From Macrostomum hystrix (taxonomy: Eukaryota > Animalia > Platyhelminthes), in contig CATNEN010000038.1 in the NCBI GenBank assembly GCA_950097015.1, forward strand, positions 34,596,001 through 34,660,000: a DNA stretch of 64,000 nt, given 5' to 3'. The notes beneath the pieces are model-generated. The model saw only the letters and a list, made by a program, of their open reading frames with translations, did no database searches and had not been told where the DNA came from. A program made the position numbers and the translations under genes. Of this stretch, positions 11,801 to 23,380 are shown in pieces. Within the stretch, counting starts at the first letter, position 1. Each line of letters starts with the position of its first letter.

Positions 11801-14800
11801 GGTGTGGCTGCGTGCGGGATCTGTGTGGTGTGTGCCCAGGAGTCAGCGAAATTTATAGAATTGACTCCTCGCTCACTGCGGGTCGACTGTCACCAAATGA
11901 TGTGCCATTATCTCTGCAGTTATTATTATTATTATTTTATTATTAAAAGGGCCAACCCCTTAGGCACGGAGAGAGTGTGTACATAGTTTATGTGTGCTTG
12001 CGTACAGTATATGTGTGGGTGTGTGCGCAGGAGTTAGCGAAATCTAAAAATTAGATTCAGATTTATTGACCAAAATCACCTGCAATGGACGACAATCGGT
12101 GCATCCTTGCCCAGCATCCAATCGTTGACCTTCCGGCGTATTTCCACAACCGTTGTTGGCAGCGGCGTGTCAAAGTGGCTCCAGTTTTTGAACTGGAATT
12201 GACGAATTATTCTGGCGTCGCTTCTGTCCTCGCCCTGAAAAAAAATCGAAAAATGTTAATCGTAAAAAATGATTCGACTAGAAACCAGACCTATTCTAGT
12301 TGGACCAGATGTGCAGCCAGTTCCATTGATTCATTAAGTTCGTGAGTCTATAAATGAGATGAGGGCCCAGCCAATTTACAACCGAATGGGGACACAAACA
12401 ACGAAACTTTTTGCCTTCGGCTTAGATACGACTCCGGGACCTCTCTCGCGACTTTCCCTTGCTTCTGTTGCTGCCCAATCTATTTGTATTTGTTAACCTC
12501 TGACTGACTTTCTCTATCACACTCTCCCTGCTTCGTGATTGGTCGTTCTATTTTTTCTCTCTCGTGTTCTTTAGCCGCTAAGTGCGAGTGAACACACGCT
12601 ATGTACGACGACTAGCGTCCCCCAGTCCTACTATTTCATCAGAAGAGTAAATCTCTACAAAGAGTTTTTGAAAGGGCTGAGAACACATGAGATCAGCGAC
12701 ACTGCATGCCTCACCATCTGCAGTCTAAACAGGCGCATCTCATATTCGGCCGTAGAGTACAGTTCGTCAAGCCAGACGTCTAAATTGTTGAATCTCGCGT
12801 GGACATTGTGCCAATATTTGTCGCATTGTTGCTGGAAGAATACTAATGTCAAATTAAGTCTAATTTATAAACAGGATCGATTCACAGAAGTTTAACTGTC
12901 AATGTTTTTATCGAGAAATTACGCCTTAAAAGTAAATCTATTACTTTGGTAAGCATTAGAAAATATTGCGATGAGTTGTATAGAGTTTTGTACATCCTAA
13001 TACTATTGTTTATTATAATATTATTATAATATAATTTTGAGAGATAAAATATGTTCAAGAACAGAGCACAGTCCACTATACACAGAAGCGAATGAATAGG
13101 CGAAATTTTTGGAAGATAAATTTAGCAGAGCAGCCACCATCTTTACACAGCAGCTGTCGTTTCAAGTAGTTTTCATGCTAATTCGAATTCTCTAAACATG
13201 CCCCCGAGTTCACGATCAATTTGTCCAACCTAGTGACGTTTGAAATCCATTGGGATTTGGTCAAGTGGCTCGATTCTGTCACAATCCCGACATCTGTTCC
13301 CGCCTAATCTGCAAGCGTCAAATGTATCGAAAAAATTGTGTCCTGAACGAAAGCTGAAACTTGCCGGTCAAGTCTGTCTTTAATTTTTAAAAATGCCGAT
13401 TGATTTAAGCCTTAGCGAAAAACGAGAAAATTTTCTACTAGAAATAAAAGATAACTTGCTTCAACAATAAACAGTTGTAGTATTTCTTAAATTCACCTTC
13501 GCTGCTTACCCTGGCATGCTCAAACAGGTTGGTTGTCATGACAATGCACTGAACGCGATACTGCCACACCATCAGCCAGAAGTCAGCTTTGGAGGTGGCA
13601 AGCGGGCCTTGGGCTGCTATGAACTTTTTCGGGTGATTGTATCCCTTGAAATGGAGACATAGGGTGCTCAAAGTTAGAGGTCAGAGGTTAAAACAGTTCA
13701 TTCTCGTTTGATTAGGCTTGCCATGATTGGCTATCCCTCAAATTAACTTGATGTCTATGGCAAATCATTTCATTCCTGAGGGTGCAGGATTCAAAGAACA
13801 CTATAGAAGAAGAAGAACGGGAGTGTCTTGCTCAATGACAAAAACTACTTCCATTGACATTTTGATCAGAAAGCGAAGAAAAAATAAAGGATTGAGAAGT
13901 AGATCACAAGTTGATTATTGACAATTCGCATAATCAAAACCCGAAAGAAAATAGAAGTTTGTCTGGCCCATGCATCGAACTGTGTAGCTGCAGCCTCTTA
14001 AAAAACTGGGCCAGCGCCAACACGAATTGAAGAACTTTTCAAACAAATATTTGGCGAACATGTACGAGTAGAAAAGAACCTTAAGAGTGTGAATGCATAT
14101 CAAGCACGTTTTCGCAGCCTCTCAACATTGTTTATAATGTTTTGCATTGAGAGGATTTTTCATATATTGTCGACTCCAGAAACTGGTAAGACCAATCTAG
14201 AAGGCAAAGCTTTGTCGAAATCTGTGTCGGCATGAAATAAAAACCGACATGTGACCATGGCGAGAGGTTCCTAAAATATATTTGAAACGACATTGCATGT
14301 ACTACTCTAAACTCACACCTACCATTATCTTAACAAAATTATCGCGAGCTCAAAGAAAACTTTTGGCATCATTTTGACGCCTGCATAAGAAGTGTCTGAT
14401 TAGGTGACGATAACTTGGGTTGTCAGAATTTTTTAACAAACAACCACAAAGGATCTGGGACATCGACGTATACGGCATCAACGATGTCAAGTAAGTACAA
14501 AGTCCAACCAAAAACTTCAACTTACATCTATCCAGCTGGCATTGATGTAAGGCTCATCTGCCTGGCAACCAGTACAGGTGGCAGTGTCGTCTCCAGGTAG
14601 GTCGCTGGCATCGGGCGGTTTGAGACGGACAATATTGCGCTGGTCTATAGATGGAATAAACAGTTCACTTGATTAAAATAGATCGGCATTAAAAAAATCA
14701 ATTGTAAATTTTGATCGCATCGCAATGAGATGGACAGCTCACATGGCAGCACCCGCTCGGTCAGATTCTTGTTTCGATTGCAGGCCTGCTTGGCAGCCGA

Positions 14801-15885
14801 TGCAATTTTGTGCTTGCCTTCGCTGCGAATTTTCGTCTATAAGCGTACAATATACGAATAAAATGTGAGGCTTGTGTTACACATCCGTTTTAGAACATTG
14901 TTTAGGAAATCTCTTCAGTGAGTAGATGATCTTCTTTGGCCGGGAATCAAATTTCAGCATTCATTGATTCCCGGCAGAAGATATTGTCAATGCAGCTCAC
15001 ACTAAAATCATAACTCAAAAAGCATACGAGCTAGATACAAGGACACGAATTTAAATTACAGCGTCCAAGTACAAAAAGCACCACCCTCGAAGATACTCAC
15101 CGATTGCTTGTCTCCCACCGAGATGAGTTCGATGGCCTGAAGTTTTACAATAAGATTTTGCTTTCCTTCATTGATTAGAGATTGACTTATCGATTCAGAA
15201 GATCTATAGAATACTGAGGATTTCAATAAATTTCTAGTTTAATTGATTACTAGGGTTGAAGCCTAGCGGTTAGAGCGTCGGACTCAAAACTTGAAGGTCG
15301 GGGGTTCGATTCCCGACTCCACAGGAACAAATATGTATCATTTAGGATGACGCTTAACTATGCAGTGCATTAGCTGGGGTAATTGAGGGTGGGCGTGGCG
15401 TTCCCCAGTCCATGGACTGAACAGCTTCGGCAATTTGGGGATGAGTTAATAACCTATTATTATTATTATTTATTTCAAGAATTTTTACAGCTGGGTGAAC
15501 TGAAGCACTAGAAAAATAAAGTGCATTGTTCAATTAGGTAACATTTTACTTCTCAGTCAGAAGTCCTAAGCTTACCATAAATTTACAACAAGATTCTGTA
15601 AGTTTAGTGCAAACTTTTTTCAAGATCAATTAGGAATATAGTGTACTAATCATTCTCAGAGTCTGGAAAGTTAGTATACGAGCCGTACGATGGGATTCCG
15701 GGCAAAAAGTATGCAATTCACACCTTGAATTCGTACTGCAATTCTTTTGTTTTGCATCGCCTGCGAAATTCGTCAACAAAGTGCTCCACAGTGATCGGGT
15801 CCTGGCTGACCCGGTTCAGGCGTCGTTCCTCTTCAACTAGCAGCTTCCGCTTGTGGATCAGGTTGCAAAGCTTCCACACGAACAT
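2829..15885 (-). CDS. Non-receptor tandem-domain protein tyrosine phosphatase, Ptp36E-like, ~740 aa, 15 exons
   Basis: Minus-strand GT-AG exons with consistent phase: 15724-15885, 15101-15136, 14743-14836, 14526-14644, 13510-13644, 12715-12831, 12080-12234, 11021-11303, 10790-10934, 9879-9955, 9659-9793, 8729-8854, 7691-~7884, 3459-3594, 2829-3140 (TGA). D1 motifs: YINASWID, FIAAQGP, DFWLMVWQ, CDKYW, VVHCSDGAGRTG. D2 motifs: GECAGGHRAENR, RPYL, DFINAVYID, YIVTQWP, DFWKVV. No signal peptide or TM segment seen. The Ptp36E resemblance is recalled from the GxCAGGHRAENR/HCSDG motifs. Confidence 0.9.
3185..3438 (-). mobile_element. tRNA-derived SINE family A copy
   Basis: Reverse-complement similarity to the copies at 8097 and 9224. 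Confidence 0.8.
4365..4540 (+). repeat. 42-bp tandem repeat x4
   Basis: TGGCCCAAAACTGAACAAAATCCTTTCTTTAGCATGATTGGC repeated. Confidence 0.92.
5642..6774 (+). CDS. Secreted PAN/apple-like + concanavalin A/LamG-like protein (338 aa, 2 exons), nested antisense in a PTP intron
   Basis: Exons 5642-6219 (TT|GTGAGT) and 6336-6774 (TTTAG|A) join in frame. Hydrophobic N-terminal signal peptide. Cys pattern ECILRC..C..GAC is PAN-like; LLIGR..PFDG..WG..DALS is LamG/pentraxin-like. Confidence 0.75.
7338..7680 (+). mobile_element. SINE family A copy
   Basis: A-box TGGCAGAGCGG, B-box-like CTCGATTC, shared body, TTA-rich tail. Confidence 0.8.
8097..8475 (+). mobile_element. SINE family A copy
   Basis: Near full-length match to the 9224 copy. 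Confidence 0.85.
9224..9620 (+). mobile_element. SINE family A, full-length copy
   Basis: GGGGGTGAGTGGCAGAGCGG (A box) ... GTTCGATTCC (B box), ~300-bp body, (TTA)-like tail. Confidence 0.88.
10092..10701. mobile_element. Putative non-autonomous CACTA/CMC-type element filled with a ~59-bp tandem repeat
   Basis: Ends CACTG...CAGTG flanked by a 3-bp direct repeat CAA (10089-10091, 10702-10704). About 10 units of a 59-bp GC-rich repeat inside. The repeat is certain; the transposon call is moderate. Confidence 0.55.
11340..12045. mobile_element. Mosaic of SINE family A fragments in both orientations
   Basis: Plus-strand pieces at ~11340-11420, 11455-11600 and 11805-12045; minus-strand piece at ~11635-11800. 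Confidence 0.75.
15255..15472 (+). mobile_element. tRNA-derived CORE-type SINE (family B), internally deleted
   Basis: A box TAGCGGTTAG, B box GGTTCGATTCC, 3' palindrome CAGTCCATGGACTG, TTA tail. Confidence 0.8.
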
Positions 15886-16219
15886 TCTGTTGTTGCTAGC
15901 TACTATATGCTATCGTATCTAAGTTTTGTGCTTCGATAGAAAGCAAAGCAGCGGTCCACTTTCATATGTTATAAGAAGACGTGTTCTGTTTTATGTCTTC
16001 CGATTGGCCGAAAAGTCACTGCATGATCTCGGGTGACAGTATTGACAAGTTAGGCATCCAAGAAGCCAGCGTCCTTCTTTGAAAGAATAGTGAGCAAACT
16101 AGAACTAAGAAAAATACGAAAGCTCAATCGGTGGATAAGAATTCATGGTCGTTAAAATGCTGGCTCATAGGAGCTACGAGCCAGAATCTAATCATCATTT
16201 GTCGGCCGCCATCTTTGAT

Positions 16220-16880
16220 TTATGGGGTCCGCCACCTTGGATTTGAGGGGCCGCCACCTTGGATTTGAGGGGCCGCCACCTTGGATTTGAGGGGCCGCCA
16301 CCTTGGATTTGAGGGGCCGCCACCTTGGATTTGAGCGGCCCGCCACCTTGGATTTGTAGGGCTGCTACTTGGATTTGAGGGGCTGCTACTTGGATTTGAG
16401 GGGCTGCTACTTGGATTTGAGGGGCTGCTACTTGGATTTGAGGGGCTGCTATTTGGATTTGAGGGGCTGCTACTTGGATTTGAGGGTCTGCTACTTGGAT
16501 TTGAGGGGCTGCTACTTGGATTTGAGGGGCCGCAAGCTTGGATTTGAGGGGCCCGCCACCTTGGATTTGAGGGGCCGAAAACTTGGATTTGTAGGGCTGC
16601 TACTTGGATTTGAGGGGCCCGCCACCTTGGATTTGAGGGGCCGCCACCTTGGATTTGAGGGGCCGCCACCTTGGATTTGAGGGGCCGCCACCTTGGATTT
16701 GAGGGGCCGAAAACTTGGATTTGAGGGGCCGCAAGCTTGGATTTGAGGGGCCCGCCACCTTGGATTTGTGGGGCCGAAAGCTTGGGTTTGAGGGGACCGC
16801 CCACCTCGGATTTGAGGGACCCACCTTGGATTGTTGGGTCCCGCCATCTATAGGATTTGAGAGGCCCGCCACCTTGTATT
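16220..16880 (+). repeat. 21-23-bp minisatellite (CTTGGATTTGAGGGGCCGCCAC variants)
   Basis: Tandem units with two interleaved variant types. Confidence 0.95.
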
Positions 16881-17474
16881 ATGGGAGCCGTCGGCCCTTT
16901 TGAACCCCCTGCATAGCCACGCCCCTTAATTATGCAGCAGTAGGTCTTGGGCTAATCGATAACTGGGCCAAGAAAACCCAATCAGCTTTCTCCAGACAAG
17001 AGAACAGCAGCTGCAAAAAACAATTTTTCCAAGCAATAACCGCAGGGCAAAATGCAGCAATCTAAAGCTCCATGGAATACGTAGATTGGCAGCGAACATG
17101 CGGCTATAGGACACTGACGATGACGGTGCCTTGATAACACCCTGATTGAGTTAGATCAAACACTGCATCAGCACAACCAAACAAGGTTTTATATTGATGT
17201 CAGATCAGGATTTTAAGGGGGCTGCATCAGTCAATATCACAGCGTTAATACAATATTTCTGCAACCATTTTGAAGCCTAGCTGATCGCTTTTCACAAGTT
17301 AAGGTTTTCACACATTCGAAATCCTTTCAAGCCATTTTATTTTAGTAGTATTTAAGTAGCGCTGTACTTCGTACATACATGTCTAGGCTCTAAATATGCT
17401 ACTTCTTCAACAGATATCAGTAGTACTAGTGAAATAACGAGAGTATTACCACACAATGTTACAGGATGATCCTG

Positions 17475-17792
17475 TGGGGGTGAGTTGCAGGTCTCAAAAG
17501 CTCGGTACTGCAGCGAGGTCACATTCATTTAATGTGGCTCGGCAGCGGAGAAAACGCTTGGGGGGTTGTCGTGCAATTTCCACCATTGAGGGCCAACCTC
17601 CAAGGCACAGGGAAAGTGTACACTGTCTGAGGATTAGAAAGTCAGCGCAGGTGTACACACCTGCGTGAGCGTGTGCCTGCGTACGGTATCTGTGTGCGTG
17701 TGTGCTCAGGAGCTTCCTCGCTGGCTGCGGTTTTAGTGTCACCAAACAAATTATGTGACATTGCCTGCAGCTCTCCTGCAATTATTATTATT
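17475..17792 (+). mobile_element. SINE family A copy
   Basis: Shared body and TTA tail. Confidence 0.8.
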
Positions 17793-18333
17793 ATACAGGC
17801 TAATCCTAGTGATAATAATATTTGGACAATTAGACAAACTAGTTAGGACAAAAATAAATAAAAAAGCAGACTAAAAAGCAAACAAAAAATGTTTTTTATC
17901 CAGAATCCAGAATCAAATTAGAGTGCCAATGATCGAAGCAATCACCCGGTCTCATCCGAATCAGACGCGAGTCTAGTTCTTTGAGACCGAGGCAGATTCG
18001 CCCCAGATCCGGCAACTCCAAGAGGCGACACGGAAAGACGCAAGTCCATACACAACTTCTGGCCTCTTTCATCATCCCTCTGTATTCAAAACAATACAAT
18101 TCCTAATTGTTACATAAGTTTATTAATGCGGAACAATGCGACATAATTAACAGTTAGTTAGCAGTCCGGAATTCAATAACACCTGTCTGTTGGAACAGGA
18201 AAAACGAACAGCTTAAGTTTAAACTTTCCTGTCCACTTAGCTAATCATACGAAAATCACCCTAAAGTTTAAATGTTAACTTCAAATAGCCTTAGATACAT
18301 AAATCATTAAATTTCAATCCATCAATCGTTAGA

Positions 18334-18739
18334 TCAATAGGTCTTGTTTCTGAATGAGCAGCCTTCAGTGAGGCGGGCCTTGCCACCAGTCGGCTGGCAC
18401 AGAACGGTACTGCAGCCGGCGCAGACAACAACAGTTTGCGCGTGAGAGAATACCGTTGTGATCTTCAGACAGCCTGCATTGAAATTAGGCATTTGAGAGG
18501 CTAATTAGATTGTTAGGTAGCGATTATGTGGGAAAGGGATTGGGTGGTAAGATGCTAAAATATGAGTACTTCTCATATTATGTTAGTTAGCCATCTCAAA
18601 CAAACATAGATAAGCTATGCTCACCTGGGCACTTCACGTCCATGAAGCTGGAGTTGGGCGACTGAACCAAACGCTTTTTCTTGTGCTTGCGTTTCTCCTG
18701 TGTCATAGAAGGGTGTAGAAGATCCCTGGCTAGTGGCAT
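18334..18739 (-). CDS. RPS27: 40S ribosomal protein S27 (eS27), 84 aa
   Basis: Exons 18625-18739 and 18334-18473 give [84 protein letters not shown]. Strong acceptor (TTTCGTTTCAG) ~30 nt upstream of the ATG. Confidence 0.97.
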
Positions 18740-19220
18740 GTTTGTGCAGAGTGAGTTGACAGCTTTCAGCTGAAACGAAAATGTTTTTGTATGAAAGGTT
18801 AAAAAAATTATAGGTTTCTAGTTTCTTAATGGAATTTTCTATCCTTTTTGCTTATTGTTTCTGGATTAGAATAGGTTGCTGGATTAGAAGTAACATTTGC
18901 CTATAAGAGAGTCAGAATAGGTTTAAACCCTAAAGCACAATGAAACATGAAAGCAAGTAATAATCTAACCTTGACTGAAGCAATTTAGGTTAGCTAGTGA
19001 TTTTTTTAGACATAAAATTATAACTTCAATTTCTATAAAAGTTAAATCTAGTTTAATTCCAATGCTTAATTCTAGAAAAGAATAAAACATCAATGAAAGA
19101 TAAGATAATATTAGAAAATTAAAAATATTGTTATAACTTCCATTGGAGTGATGGGTAAAAAAAGGCAGGAATCAAATGAATTTCAAAGTAAAAAAATAAA
19201 CAACTAAAAATTGCTAGATA

Positions 19221-20084
19221 CTTTGGGTGTCCGGAAAGTCATGAGAATGTGTTATTCTAACTACTTGACCCAGTAGTTACTTGACACAAGCTATTGACAA
19301 GATACTGTACCATTCTAACACTTGACTTAATATATGTCTATGGCTGAAAGAGCTAGATTCTAGCTTCAAATTTGGGGGTAAGGGCAGGCTGATGGTTATA
19401 ACTTAGAAGTCTAGGCCACTGCAATGCAGAGGCAAAGCAAGCATCTATCGTTACTTTTTTCTTCATTGATCCTTGCTGCTGCTTTGAGATGGACGTGTTT
19501 CAAGCTTATGCTTATACCAGGTATAAGCTTGGTATATCTGCTCCTGATTGCCATGGAGAACTGCTGAAAGTGCATGGAGATGTGGTGCCTGGTCTGTCAT
19601 CAGTGTACCAATGGTATACACAAGGTTCCATGACGAGTTGTACCCACTGGCCCAAGCTGCCTGTACTGGCCGGCCGGGATTGACGAGAACACCAGAGCTG
19701 ATCGAGACCTGCAGAAATCTCGTGAAAGAAGACCCAAAAGTGAGTGTCAAAGATCTTGCTGACTTCATGGAGGTTGGGAAATCAACTGAAATATTGACTG
19801 AAGACCTGCAACTTCGCAATGTGTCTGCCGTGTGGGTCCCGCATGTTCTCTCCAAGGAGAACAAGGTTGCTCACGTCAATTGTGCCAAGCAAATACGTCG
19901 GATTTTTCATACCGAGGGCATGACCAGCTTCTGCAACAAGTACGTGGTGGAGGACAAGATGTGGGTGTACCTTAAAAACACTGGTACATGGCAGAACAAC
20001 CGGTGCTGGCTGGGTGGGTCAAGGCGACTATCGACCTCAAGTTGTGAGACACTCAGTCGGGGACCCAAAGACAGCTGCAGCTGA
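19221..20084 (+). mobile_element. Defective mariner (Tc1/mariner) transposon, frameshifted and 3'-truncated
   Basis: TA followed by mariner-like end CTTTGGGTGTCCGGAAAGT. HTH segment in ORF 19489; GRP and WVPHVL motifs and first-Asp region (VVEDKMWVY) in ORF 19548. No second or third Asp. Confidence 0.85.
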
Positions 20085-20299
20085 CACTCTCCACTTCTCC
20101 ACCTTCTGTACGTACATGGAGGCCCAGCTGGTGCCAGTTTGAGTTACTTTGGATCTCATGCTATAGAATACTCTTCTTGACTCCTAAATCATTATGAGTG
20201 TCCTAACTCCTTGCTCATGGAGTGTTTCTGTGCTATAGAATCAAGCGTAAACTCAAAGAGTTAGGGGTCATTTTTATGAATGCAATTAGACTCATAAGT

Positions 20300-22140
20300 G
20301 AATTAATTAGTATATAGGCCTAATTAGCTAACTATAAATACTTATAAAATGCTTTAAATAATAGGCCTAATGGCAGTTTAAAGCTGACTAGGGCCTATGC
20401 CTAGGCCTAGTAAGATCTCAAACACTTATAGCTAACCAGCTACTTCTTGAAAGCAAAGCGCTTTTCTTAAAAAGTTTAACGTTTTAGTACCAATATTAAC
20501 AATCCAGGAACCTATAGCCCTATGCATATCTGTTTGTCTTGCAAATTACTTTCAGAGTTACAGTTTAATGTTTAAAATACGAACAAGTTAGCAATTCATT
20601 TTAACTAGGCCCTCTATATATGAATTCAACGTGAGGAGAACGAATCAGTTTAAAAAATGTGTTTGTTGCACAATTTGTCGAAATAGCTTGAATAAAAAAT
20701 TCCGAATAAGTATGTTTAAATAGGTCGTGAATAACTTATGACGAATTTTATAATACGTCTTTTTTACAGGCATAAACAGGTACAGTACTTTTTCACTTTA
20801 AAAAAATTGTTTTTCTAATCTATTTCCGTGCTTAAAAACACATCTTACTTTCGGACTTCGACGAATCAATCAGTAGGGGGCCTAATCACACATTTTGTTA
20901 CCGTGTAAGCCTAGCCTACCATCGAAATGGCTCAAACTCGAAAACGTCACGTAAAGCTTTAGTTTTAACTATATCGCCATAACTTAAGACACGTAAGAAC
21001 TGTATAAAAGTTATCAACCAAGTAACGCGCTTCATTTTATTTTTGCGTGACCATATAATAATTAAAATTCTGTTTTATAGGTCCGATATAGCCCAAGTGT
21101 CTAACCTCAATAGAGAAAGTCAACAAATTTAAGTTTTATTATACTTGTATAAAATCTTCACTTTAGCCTAGGCCCTAATACTAGTGAGAGCTACTTTACA
21201 TAATATTTTATGCTTTGTAGGGCCTATATAATATTGGGTCTAATAATAGGCTTAGAGCTATTGTCATATGGTGCTGGCCATTTTATAAATTTCTTTTGCT
21301 ACTGCTGGGCCCTATTTGGCTATAGTCTGGATCATGCTAGGCCTAGGTGCATGCGAGAATAAAATAGAAGGCTAGAGTATACAAAGCGCAAAATTATATT
21401 TTGCATACTTAAAAGTTCAGCAAAGTAAAAAATTATATGATGAACTAGTACTAATAATATTAAATCAAATTTATTTTGTCTACAAACTGTACAGACTAGG
21501 CCTATAGAAAATAAATTTCTTATTAGAAAAGTAACAACCTTAGCTATAGACCTCATTACATGCCCAACACAACACTTGTCTGACCTAGGCCCTATCCAAA
21601 CCAGATGGGTGAAATGGCCACCTGCCAAGGTATGTCACAAAATAAAAAATGCAAAAAACACATATTGGGGGAAGAAAGAAAGAAGAGGAAGAGCAAGAGA
21701 AAAAAAGGAGGGAGAAAAAAGAAAAAAATGCGAGAAAAGTCATATACAAGTTGAAAATTAGGTTGTAATCTGGACAAACTAAGTCGCAATTAGGAGGAAC
21801 TAAGTTGTAATCAGGAGGAAATAAGTCATAACCAGGAGGAACAAGGTTACAATTGGGAGGAACTAAGTAACAATCACAAGAAACTAAGTCGCAATCAGGA
21901 GGAACTAAGTCGCATTCAGAAGGAACTAAGTTGCAATTAGCAGAAACTTCTGCTGATTGCTGCAATTCAGCAGTTCCTGCAATCAGGAGGAACTAAGTTG
22001 CAAATCTGGACAAAAAGTAAGTCCTACTGGATGGGTAAAATTTTGAAGTTGGGCATGTATGTATAGGCCTAGTGTTAGAGTAAATTGACAAGCTCTGGAA
22101 TGCCTCTAAGGTGCTTTTGATTGAGTAGGGGGCCTACACT
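20300..22140. promoter_or_regulatory. Probable divergent promoter region of RPS27/HACD, enriched in TAGGCCTA-like motifs
   Basis: About 14 TAG(G)nCCTA-like motifs in 1.8 kb. Candidate minus-strand donor GTAAG at 20848-20844 and plus-strand ATG micro-exon at 20927-20950. Confidence 0.45.
21770..22005 (+). repeat. Degenerate 21-bp tandem repeat (GGAGGAACTAAGTTGCAATCA)
   Basis: About 10 diverged units. Confidence 0.8.
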
Positions 22141-23380
22141 CTTTCAATAGATTTTTAAAATCTGATGTGCTGGTAAATAACTTTTTTCATTTGTTACAAC
22201 TGTGATTAAGTTATGCACATTTTCACTGCAACCAATTAACTGTTTGTCATGTTCCATTACAATATTTGGTTGGTTGTTGACTTACTATAAGTCTATGGTT
22301 AAAGTCATGTTACTTTTTCATTCATAACTTTAGTTTCCATTCTCTATTTAAAATGTGTTTGAGTTAATATAAAGATGGGACTAGCTATAAGAAGTGAGTG
22401 TAAAATCACATTATTTGTACCACTAGAACAAAATATATTATTAGTAGTGTCACCATCCTACCTAGATTACAAGCTATTAGTGTCACTGTCCCAGATCATC
22501 AAGTTAGCAGTCTCATTGTCTTAGATCATCAAGTTAGCAATGTCGTTTTCCTAGATCATCAAGTTATTAATAAGTCTTCAAAACTATTTTGGAATGTCCC
22601 TTGGATATTATTCTAGTTTAGTTAAAACTGAAATATTATAGTCTAATAGTTAGGAATAAATTAAAAATTTTCCTTTTTAAACTAAAAATGCTTTGATTTA
22701 AACAACAGATTGTAATTTATAAAATGATAGCTATATATAAATTTAGCAAATTCGGACAATTTTATATACCTATTAATAAGGCATTGTCTGCCAATTGCTG
22801 AGACCATGCCTTAAGTTGTAGCTATGCAAGGATATTGTTCTAATTTTATATGCACTAGCTGTACACTTAACAAATGGACCAGGCTAACTAAAGCACTAAT
22901 TTCCTAACTATATGTCAAATACAATTAGTATTTTCTTTACTTAAGGATAACAAAGTGTGCTCAATTTTTTTGATAGCTAATGAAAAGTCAGGTAGTATAT
23001 CATGACTCACATTTATTCTTAAAGATTTGACTTGTCAACTTAATAGGAAAGGGCCTGAGTGCTTTTTTGTGGAGAGTCAGACCGTATACTTGTAAACTTC
23101 ATCATGTTGCATAAAATATGTAGTGCCAAAATATATAGAGCTGATGTTGTGTGGCATAGAATAGTTAGACAATCAACACAAAACTTATTTGACAATACAA
23201 TTATTCCTAACATTTACTAAAGCACACAGTGCCATTACCAGCACTTTAATTTCTTATGTATGTTTAACCTTTACTGCAATGTACCATGTCTTACTGTCCT
23301 CAAAGTTTAAAAAAAATTAGGAAAGCTGTTTGTTTTAATAGTTTCAACTATCATAAAATATTGCAGTTTACTGTGAAATC

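Noticed and set aside
16900-16930. Transposon-like end (reverse complement AGGGGCGTGGCTATGCAGGGG, beside TTAA) right of the 16220 array
   Set aside because: No matching opposite terminus or TSD found.
17935-17975. Faint 5S rRNA-like string
   Set aside because: Similarity is too short, with no internal promoter or downstream match.
21585-22072. Possible MITE with TAGGCC(C)TAT termini around the 21-bp repeat
   Set aside because: The termini are the locally abundant TAGGCCTA motif and there is no convincing TSD.
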